A stretch of DNA of 50,202 nucleotides from a virus (Duplodnaviria; Caudoviricetes). Below the pieces are notes generated by a model, which had not been told where the DNA came from, did no database searches, and saw only the letters and a program-made list of their open reading frames with translations. The stretch is taken from positions 1 to 50,202 of the IMG/VR virus record IMGVR_UViG_3300031519_008035. One strand, given 5' to 3'. Below are positions 29,901 to 34,858 of the stretch, piece after piece (within the stretch, counting starts at the first letter, position 1; every line of letters begins with the position of its first letter). The translations under genes and the position numbers were made by a program.

Positions 29901-30919
29901 TCTACGTAGTATTCTTTGTCCTGGTATGCAGTTGGCACTAAAGAATTAGTAAATTTAATCTTCATGCCGTTTGAAAGATCTAAAGTCCTTAGACTGAAAT
30001 TCTTAACCCCTATTATATCATCTTCAACATTTATAGCAGTTGTACTGCTGGCGTTTCTGATCTGCAGTATACCATACATGGCATCATGGTTGCCACACTG
30101 GTAGTATAAAGTGTCGGGTGCACCAGTCGTGGGCACTGTGAACGTTACTGTGCCATAATCTGTACCGTTATTTGTAACACCTGTATCAAACACAGTTGAG
30201 GTCGATCCGTCTATTGACAACTTGCTCTTGTATGGTTCTGTCATTATCCATAACGGATGTCCTTTGGCGTTTACTTCAAACTTGTATGTGTTACCCCTGT
30301 AAAGTGTCAGTATGGGATTGTCTTCATTTTCTCTGTGTGTAAACTCATAGGCCTTTTGAATATTATTTTTCACGCTATATTCAACTACAGCTGAAGGTCC
30401 AACCGAATCTATTTCTATAGATCCAGGTCCTATTGGCATCCAGTAGTACTCCCTGTAGTTTACTAACTTGTCGTAGTCTATGGCAGGGTTCCAACCGTAT
30501 ACAGTCTCCTTGTTGAGTCTGTCGTGGTTGTTTATGTTTCCACCTAGGTATTTGATCTGGTTTATATAGTCGTCGTACGTCCCTGTAAATTTGACCTGGT
30601 CCTCTGGATTAACAGAAGTAGTATCTCTATCTGTGTACGTGACTGTTGGTTCCAGCTGGTATGCAAATCTATCCCTGCTAGTGGCTGTAAGGTACCTGTC
30701 GTTGACATTTCTAGTGTAGGCATCCTGCCTACCGATGTACCCATCCAATCTCTCAAGGGATCCTTGCTGAACCAAAGGATCCATCGTGCTTGATAGAAAA
30801 CGTTGGTTTGTGTCTGTCCTGTAGAAAGCAGGTAGGTGTTGCACAGTACGTCTGTACTCGTTGTTGTCTTGTTTGACAACTTCGTTATTGGTTAATGCGT
30901 TTGTGGGATTGTCTGCCAT
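17912..30919 (-). CDS. Giant (4,335 aa) multidomain virion protein, baseplate wedge (gp7-like position) with adhesin-type domains
   Basis: Follows gp6. Contains a cupredoxin-like segment, FG-GAP-like propeller repeats, W..Y..GD.V.Y.G..Y carbohydrate-binding-like motifs, GSGYTTAPTV and GDGST..F repeats, and KPFHTKLREY. Confidence 0.75.
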   Translation of the reverse strand: MADNPTNALTNNEVVKQDNNEYRRTVQHLPAFYRTDTNQRFLSSTMDPLVQQGSLERLDGYIGRQDAYTRNVNDRYLTATSRDRFAYQLEPTVTYTDRDTTSVNPEDQVKFTGTYDDYINQIKYLGGNINNHDRLNKETVYGWNPAIDYDKLVNYREYYWMPIGPGSIEIDSVGPSAVVEYSVKNNIQKAYEFTHRENEDNPILTLYRGNTYKFEVNAKGHPLWIMTEPYKSKLSIDGSTSTVFDTGVTNNGTDYGTVTFTVPTTGAPDTLYYQCGNHDAMYGILQIRNASSTTAINVEDDIIGVKNFSLRTLDLSNGMKIKFTNSLVPTAYQDKEYYVEGVGEAITLTDVDDLITPGSYATETTILYDQVGYDSRPYAKAFYTPDTKDYITIKRDSQDRNAWSRYNRWFHKSIIEETARVGGFAPTLNEDDRAKRPIIEFDSGLALYNHGIVAKKSVTLYDTVTTDAFSSVVRQTGYIVDGLPLANGMRIVFAADTDPIVKNKIYDVNFVTAGDSTQVINLTEASDATPTSNDSIFIEFGTINQGKTFYYDSATLSFVEAQQKAGVNQQPLFAMFNNDHTAFDDTTTYPNSTFAGAKVFAFATSDTATTDTVLGIKVKYNTVNNVGDIVFESDHTSGTFTYKSGTQTLTVNLAEGHLHYTTGRSTHNSKGAWIKRTTDSKQRVTRTMIVDDTEKQLFPIDFYKNSADLTDLELSVSVNGARKSLTTDYTLETGTKNRYVKFNKILSVNDQIRIAGYSSADKLPNKGIYEIPENLATNSLNQQLGTFTFGQVLNHVRDIFDKNQEVTGTIPGVSNLRDKPDARLKGGTIHQHEGSLLPAIFNLVDQDANFVTSIDYAGQEYEKWYNAFLTHATGTAYEGVPADRVDEIISVITPGRNSTFPFFYEDMIGWGENVSIRSYTVLGVSQTEYALDSQHDITTPSNRAVYVYLNDVQLLLGTEYTFSTTDDSVKISKTLAEGDKIIIKDYADTTGSYMPPSPTTLGMYPKFTPETFTDTTYLTDTAMIRKHDGSIIKAYGDERDALILELEKRIYNNIKVNYDSTLVDFHDVLPSAFTSTEYTLQEVNNAMGADFYQWAGRNNVQYINNTVFTEGSPFTYNYARSTGRLIDEKLPGYWRGIYKYFYDTDAPHVRPWEILGHSEKPTNWDATYGTAPYTSGNTVLWNAIATEPGRYGKPEIASYIPVDASGNLLDPLAAGLVDNFDIPGRQNAWKFGDQAPAETAWRRSSAYPFTATKTLALTKPAKFFSNLFDPSRLSTNVAGNQVYSETGIRKTLATAKYHLETETDLSTGVTTRYQTAGYQPFVINYLISRNMDPKAFYYDKMKNLTVQMAYKLGGFTDKDNLKILTDSVSPGSTSGSKFIPDENYKILFRTSNPVESFEYSGVLIEKNTDVSSDGSTVLGGYKVLGYSTVKPYFNFNYPVKTTTTNAVSVEGSTAIKQYATYQEITQTIPYGYVFNTIQDVADFLFGYGHWLESQGFRFNKFSTELKETLNWANAIKEFLFWTTQEWSPGSAITVSPAADGFELDTNNSIVGRLRNLAGDYSILDSGGRKIDVREISTKRTGKTFELGIKSDTVGLYNIALNTVQKEHILLFDNSTVFADIIYDPLTGFRQQRLKIVGWKTAGWNGDYYAPGFVFDAAQVTYWLANTDYRIGDSVEYQGKFYVSKTNHNSGAIFETANWTLKDNKPAPQLIPNFEYKISQFNDFYELETNNFDDSQQRLAQRLTGYQSRDYLENLFVNDISQYKFYQGYIKEKGTKNAIDKILKAKYEGEDISLELYPEWMVRTGNFGNMDAVENIQLVLKDNRITANPQSIELLDTSSDTVEYARSEAILKDNFYYKPVEYTAANTFSRLDYSKEGISRDNAQVFKTAGYPQLAQVQHTAFNIGEILNLDMNAITTNDLIWIANKSNRDWDVFRITSAGFKIANLLLINESTQLEITFTGSHGLTAGSTTTLADYFAISNSEEPTLNGVYQVSATPDHKTVIIDYTGNVAFIPALEDGSTADSYGNIYKFISVRLASMDNANDILNYNDYTDKDDAIDQPGDKVFADADSAGLWRVYEKQDPYTQVSVLSPDTSTAEQEFGHRIVARNDGRTIVTSAPGKGQGEIHFLFRSTTTAGTALQTQSTATMTDNDDNTSRLGDSLSISTDENFVVAGAPYTNTIGLDGSTRQQNAGLIKIYIWDPSTFKYGILDTIIPPTDGSSSNEDLNFGWEHQISEPGVSSVRTTADKYLFVSAPGHDSDTGRVYMYTWGIGADGSTYDTWTQDYTIEAPDGGSGQRFGHRIQANDNGDILAVSSLAPGNAGKVEIFVKTSQSNDGSSQNSFALAQTLTGVSSDGSSLNTAFGDSMAMSKDGTTLMIGAPGVDDSSTGQIDGGAIYYYKWNADESTNTYTLQQTLKSPETQNNMKFGTSLDIDHSGTRVVIGAENFATAREMKLDLGETTFDLQDTTFGDINTGSGGAFTATMYNTKFVIDDKLVSDSMSENDDFGRGVCMINNTVIVGAPKDDGNTGVTDDGTLTCFDLTINGEYAWKNIVKETALIDIDKLGKVFEFDNKNKQIRDHYELYDPIKGRILGIADREINIKTTWDPATYNTGTNANTKTPWAENHVGEIWWNLSTVKWLWYEQDTQEYKNNHWGQTFPGSSIDIYEWTESRLLPSEWNNRSEGAGRTRIISGTALYGDDSQYTVTQRYDSRLDRLVNFYYYWVKGTTTMPANSVVMRKNTAAYVANLIQNPSGFGFKYYSVTDTNKLMINNVNNLVNDNIVLNVDIRTNTFEGDSHSVWKLVREGDADYRPGNNIETRWWDSLIGKNSTGDLVPDPDLPLNERYGNSIRPRQSWYVNRYKALEEIIDYANTVLKKNQLVGQIKLTNLNDSEPEPTIQSLEWDASVDTYAELNYINTADISGTINYLVKSDETANNYWAIYNWDGTEWSRTKLQTYNTSAYWSYIDWYKTDGDMTHDANTKIDKQVTYQYELDLLDLAIGKHVKVKSADTGGWKLFMKTASGWENIGTENGTIRLSTKLYDYSQDASGFAGDDNFDDNFFDQEPSTETRRVLTALRDDLFINDLAVEYNTLFFTGLRKVLSEQTYVDWVFKTSFINAKNSVRKLDQRKTYTTGTDSWIESYINEVKPFHTKLREYKLGYDKLETQDGLFTDFDNPTFYDATIGKIRSLNVNSDTAKLTEYPYQMWYDYHKKYVSSITVSKGGSGYTTAPTVTIVGGMVGSTGPFQILATSSSGASSGSYGYYYPLFTSLEQSNIWDSQNGGSGTSHSHTFDGYTGTFYMPDSQISNHAQSTISGAYKMYTTPATTAATATATIVGGKVTKITVTGAGANYTSTPMVVLTGGASDGSTPSDTARAYTNLGNDLVRDINTTIKFDRVSSTSRVVDWTALTSYAYNDLLRYKNQLYKVTNAFTATTVFDDTIGSVYKVYGDETELTAADRTKGFYTPGSGMPGNELTQVMSGVDYGGTMVTGLLFSQEQGWDKAGWYDFPWDNYGDSRVKAFRADGSTSVYTFALAPTTTDVYQVYITQDDSTRKKLPDVIRGDGSTVNFTISEIADENALIEFIPFDDDGVLTPTDDRTLDSIVQGGLFGSALGHAPSDIILEGDDFISPDTSYAPEETVPGQMFDTLDIKVYTSPESGVPFISEKNHRVEGSTTTFSIGDYPGTLGSVTVAVDGVVKKLTTDYTIDVGNKTITFNTAPAEYSVVSTKVFAISGENYRVLDQYTGDGSTITFTTSTRGEFNLDSTVSDMYITVDGVPTTAFSTTTTANTVTVTFNSAPAADAFVQIAGFNKSTSSTRSFASIRNQAITYDGSTDRYTLTYPPGSIGPFSGLTMIEANGKVLRGPDISYYLGDGTTVSYGFNPLSTVGYVAHTTDISTETSDTIHKTADLEFDFKRLGEDSTIDPIKVITSASQIQIHVNGVQQTLNTDYTVDLGNGVNTADISTQTADLSTTTTDRAGQPDQVIFVTAPASTDLIAITTLTGYQYYNEGADIILDQTRLASDGQTLTANDVLSVTTFNNALGMKQRREVLEGQPDNVFHLRFDPLNATYAYVWLNGKQLIQNYDYTLNGNIITVLNTTITVSDRLDVMYFALDSAIGGTGFRIFKDMLNRTFYKRISKTSTTELVDDLTDTINTLQVKDGTALQEPDASNNMPGVVFVDKERIEYFTKNGNTLGQLRRGTLGTGIKDHSDGTLVVDASGTQTIPYADTVYTNTFTGDGSETVFPLSQTPASASELDIFIGGQRLLLTSEDGSTINYSVSGSAVTLSTVPALGTQVKILHKRGQVWYTALDGNPADGKGLQASTTQQAKFIANEPTNAPE
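18995..19060 (-). repeat. Short coding tandem repeat (21-bp unit, TADxSTx) in the giant protein
   Basis: gttgataaatcagctgt / gttgatatatcagctgt 21 nt apart, encoding TADISTQTADLSTT. A related TTDISTETSDT lies near 19230-19260. Confidence 0.5.
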
Positions 30920-33900
30920 TAGTATCCTGACCCACTACTGCCGGTGCTTGACCCGGAACCTGTTGTAGTAGAGCCTGACACTGCTGATCCTGTTGTCGTA
31001 CTGTTTGTGGCAGTTGATGTAGATGTGACCACAGTACCGGATGTCGCCAATTGGTTGGCTCCAAGTGCTGTTATTATCGACACATCATCAACGGTGGCCC
31101 CACTGATAAAAATTTCGTCTGTCGCTGAGTTAAGTTGGAACAAGGACCCAAATCCTTGTCCTGACTGGTTTGGCACGATCACTACCGTCAGTAAATCTGG
31201 AGCAAGTTGATTGTGTATGTAGGCGGCTAATTCTGTGAAGTAGAAAGTGTCTCCAAAATCCCAGTTGTCCAAGGCAAAGAATTCGTTGATAGCGGCAATA
31301 GTCCTTGTCTTTATCACTGCGTCTGTGACATTTGTTTTTGTATTTTTAACAACTTTGAACGTTGCTTGTAATTCTTCGTCTGCACTTGTACCAAACAGTA
31401 TTTTGTATTTCACTGGATGGTAGATGATTTGGTCTGATAATGATTTCAAGGGGTTCAACGTGCCCGAGTAGTTTATCCTCAGCTGATCTGCTGTTGACGT
31501 TGATGGCTTGACACCCCCATCTTGTAGATAAATTCTGAAAAGGTTGTCATACGTCCTCTCTAATAGATACACATCAACGAGGTTAGACACACTGGGATCT
31601 ATCCTTGTCTCCTGCCCTGCATGATGTTTGTATTGGAATGATAAAGAACTCCTGCCTTTCCTTGCTATGTAGTCGGTGGTGGTGGTAAGTGTATTTGTAG
31701 TCAAATTATATTTTTTAATAACATCCTCATCAGATGCATAGAAGTAAAATAATTGTTCATCTGTGTAACTTGCCGAGTTGAGATTTATGTCCGTTTCGTT
31801 CTCTGCTACAATGAAGTTAGATGATGCGTATGGTCTGTATCTTTCAATATTATCATAAGATGTGTATTTTTCGTAGAAAACAAATTTTGTCGATTCTGAT
31901 AGAGTAGGTTCGATTATGATGTCAAATATATCTGGGTTGTCAACAACACCATCGTCGTCATCATCGTAAAATCCAACTTTGACTTTCCTGTTGTCCTGGA
32001 AGCCATCTGTTTCAGTCACTGTGTCCACAACCTGCCAAGTTATAGGATAACCTACGCTGTTGCCTGTTGAAACAACACTGTTGGTCTTTAGTAGTTTTAC
32101 TGTGTCCTTGACCGTTTTTCCTGTGGTGTAGTCATAAATTTTCTCTTCCACATCATAGTGGAACTTGTTCTGTGACTCAGATTCAAAAATGTAGTCCAGT
32201 TTTCTGTACTGCACTGTGTAAGTGTTCCCGTCGTTTGTGAACTTGAACCACCAACTCGTGTCTGCGTTCGTGCTTGTCGTGGAACCCGCATTAGCAATAT
32301 CAAACACTGCACTTGTTGACAAGTTAGTCGATGTGATCACCTTCCACGTCTCAGAATCAACATCGTATCTCAGGCCAAAATCCTCGTACGCCTCGATCCT
32401 ACTCAACAAGTCCGCTTCGAGTGTTGTTGAGAATGCTGTTGTGAAATTTGGAATGATTGAATTGATAACTGATCCCTGTGGGACTATATTGCTCAGTGTT
32501 ATTGGTCCAACACCTGATTCTAAATTACCCGTTCCACTGTTGGCTCCATCGCCGACCACTGCACCTATCTTGACCCATAACCTATCCTCTGCGTTGTCCG
32601 TTGTTGAAGTTACTAAAGTACCATTTAAAAACTTCCTAGTGTCCGGGGAAGTAAATTTGATCAATGCTCCTGCCTTGGCGAACTTCATGTTCGACGTTGC
32701 GAAATCTCCTGTAACCAATGCACCGCCTGAAGTGAAATATCCTGTGTTGGTGTTGGTTGAGGTTGTTGTAGAATTCCATGTGGCAGACAACGTACTAGTA
32801 GACTTGGTAGCATATTTTAGATAGTAGAACTGCCTTGCGTATGCCTCTTTCAATTTTGCTTCAACAGATGTATCTATGGTCGACTGTATGTCGCTACGGT
32901 TGTTGAACGTGAATGTAAACTGTTGCGTTGACTCTTCCCTGTACAATATGCCGTCTTCTGCAAACACACTGACATTCGAGTATGCGCCTGTTGGATCTAG
33001 AATCTCTTTTGCTCTCGATATGCCTGATGCGGATCTGTTGACAGATCTGACCTTCACAATTTCTTGTGAAGCAGAAAGAGGCACAACTTGGTAGTCTTCC
33101 GCTGTAATCATCCTGTTCTGTGAATAGTATACCTGTGGTGCTTTCTCCTTGATTGAATCATTGGATTCTGTCGCGGCTGAATTGTAAACACTGGCCTTCA
33201 AACTGATACTCATCGACAATGACTGTTGTGCACCATTGGCGTCCGTGTATGGGACCGTCAACTGTACATTCTGCATGTCCGAAGACTGTATCGCATATTT
33301 GGCGTTGTCACTGATCCTGTAGTACGTCCTGAAACTGCCCAACGGTATGTTAGAGAAATTACCATCACCAAACACAAAGTCAACGGCGTCGTTATTTTTA
33401 GTCACCACATTGAAGATATTTCTCTCTGCTTTGGAAAGTGAATTGTAAATTGCGTTGTTGCCTGATAGTGATGGGACCTTTGTCCAAGATTCCGACAACT
33501 GTCCGAACTGGTCTAACTTGTAAAGCCAAACATCCGAGTCGTTGATGTTCGTGGCATCTAACGATTTAACGTAGTTGGTCACTGACGTGTCCACTGCGAA
33601 GTCGGTCTGCTGTAGAGTCCCTTGCTTGAATAGGAAGAAGAATCCTGTGTTGTTCGAACTGTCTCCGGATCCGTCTGATCTGTAAGTATAGGTCAGGCCT
33701 GTTCCAGGAACCGGTGATGCTTCGTAGATCGAGTCTGAATCTGTTATTGTGCTAGGCACTATCTCGAACCCTCTCGATATGCCTCCCACCGACTTTGAAA
33801 ATTTAAATATTGGAAGATCGAGCTGGTTAGAACTTAAAGTGTAAACTTCTGTGCTTATACCACCTATGGTTCCTGACTCTCTCGGATTGCCAAAAAGTTG

Positions 33901-34401
33901 TCCCGTCTGGTTGGCCGCATTTAGTATGGCTGTGAATTGTTCCCTGTAATTTGAATTTGCACTATCGTTCCAAATGATATTTGAATTTGCTAGATTGGTT
34001 CCTGAACTGTCTGCAACATCCTGTGTCGTAGATATCGAATCTATCTTCAACATGCCTGTGGCTGGTTGGTTTCTCTTGGCGTTGTAGTTGATCAGCCTTG
34101 CAAGTCTGAGAACTGAATTCCTTCTCTCCGCCGTTTCAAGAAAATTTTCCCTAGCATTCAAGTCAACTCTAAAACTCAAGGCCTGTGATATGTATGCAAT
34201 TAGATCTATTAAAGCAACGTACTCAGAACTCTCCACGAAATCATTGAAATCGTCCGGGTAGTTCTCACGCAGATACGCCACCATGGTCCTTCTAAGTGTC
34301 TCGAAGTCGTAGCTCTTGAAATCTGCCTGTTGGAAGGACTGGTAGATCTTTCTCCAATCTTCCGCTACTAGTAATCTGTTCTGTCTATCTGTTGTGGCCA
34401 T
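30919..34401 (-). CDS. gp6: Baseplate wedge subunit (T4 gp6-like)
   Basis: YDFETLR...NDFVESSE...LIDLIAY...ENFLETAERRNSVLRLARLINY, FGDGNFS.IP, ESNDSIKEKAP..YYSQNRMITAEDY. Confidence 0.88.
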   Translation of the reverse strand: MATTDRQNRLLVAEDWRKIYQSFQQADFKSYDFETLRRTMVAYLRENYPDDFNDFVESSEYVALIDLIAYISQALSFRVDLNARENFLETAERRNSVLRLARLINYNAKRNQPATGMLKIDSISTTQDVADSSGTNLANSNIIWNDSANSNYREQFTAILNAANQTGQLFGNPRESGTIGGISTEVYTLSSNQLDLPIFKFSKSVGGISRGFEIVPSTITDSDSIYEASPVPGTGLTYTYRSDGSGDSSNNTGFFFLFKQGTLQQTDFAVDTSVTNYVKSLDATNINDSDVWLYKLDQFGQLSESWTKVPSLSGNNAIYNSLSKAERNIFNVVTKNNDAVDFVFGDGNFSNIPLGSFRTYYRISDNAKYAIQSSDMQNVQLTVPYTDANGAQQSLSMSISLKASVYNSAATESNDSIKEKAPQVYYSQNRMITAEDYQVVPLSASQEIVKVRSVNRSASGISRAKEILDPTGAYSNVSVFAEDGILYREESTQQFTFTFNNRSDIQSTIDTSVEAKLKEAYARQFYYLKYATKSTSTLSATWNSTTTSTNTNTGYFTSGGALVTGDFATSNMKFAKAGALIKFTSPDTRKFLNGTLVTSTTDNAEDRLWVKIGAVVGDGANSGTGNLESGVGPITLSNIVPQGSVINSIIPNFTTAFSTTLEADLLSRIEAYEDFGLRYDVDSETWKVITSTNLSTSAVFDIANAGSTTSTNADTSWWFKFTNDGNTYTVQYRKLDYIFESESQNKFHYDVEEKIYDYTTGKTVKDTVKLLKTNSVVSTGNSVGYPITWQVVDTVTETDGFQDNRKVKVGFYDDDDDGVVDNPDIFDIIIEPTLSESTKFVFYEKYTSYDNIERYRPYASSNFIVAENETDINLNSASYTDEQLFYFYASDEDVIKKYNLTTNTLTTTTDYIARKGRSSLSFQYKHHAGQETRIDPSVSNLVDVYLLERTYDNLFRIYLQDGGVKPSTSTADQLRINYSGTLNPLKSLSDQIIYHPVKYKILFGTSADEELQATFKVVKNTKTNVTDAVIKTRTIAAINEFFALDNWDFGDTFYFTELAAYIHNQLAPDLLTVVIVPNQSGQGFGSLFQLNSATDEIFISGATVDDVSIITALGANQLATSGTVVTSTSTATNSTTTGSAVSGSTTTGSGSSTGSSGSGY

Positions 34402-34415
34402 AGTATATACAACGA

Positions 34416-34421
34416 TATTTA
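34416..34421 (-). promoter_or_regulatory. T4-like late promoter core TAAATA
   Basis: In the 42-nt gap upstream of gp6. Confidence 0.55.
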
Positions 34422-34443
34422 TGTGTTAGGAAATGTGCGTGTA

Positions 34444-34857
34444 TTAAGATAGACGCAACAGTGAGTTCTCATCAAAGTTGAATCTCAGTTTCTCAGTGAT
34501 GTTCAGGGGAACATATGTTATTGTTGCCTGTATGGCTATGCCCTTGTCTGCTTCCGTGACCAGTATTTCCTCTGTGGCTATACGTGGATCTGCATTCAAG
34601 TTGGCTGTGATGTCCTCAACAATGGCGTCTTTCAGTGCCTCTGTGAACGGTTCAAATATGGCATCGTATATTATGGTGCCAAATTCCGGGTTCTCCACCC
34701 TCTCGCCCTTACGTATGCTCAACCTGTTGATCAGATCCTGCTTGGCCACCTCAAAGTCATACAGTTTGAAGTTCTGCTTGTCCGCACGTGAGCTGAAACC
34801 CTTGAAGGTCACAGTCTTGTTTGATAAATCTCCTGATCCTGAATCTCCGTATGCCAT
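34444..34857 (-). CDS. gp25: Baseplate wedge protein gp25/GPW-like
   Basis: KQDLINRLSIRKGERVENPEFGTIIYDAIFEP...DPRI. Confidence 0.9.
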   Translation of the reverse strand: MAYGDSGSGDLSNKTVTFKGFSSRADKQNFKLYDFEVAKQDLINRLSIRKGERVENPEFGTIIYDAIFEPFTEALKDAIVEDITANLNADPRIATEEILVTEADKGIAIQATITYVPLNITEKLRFNFDENSLLRLS

Positions 34858-34858
34858 C

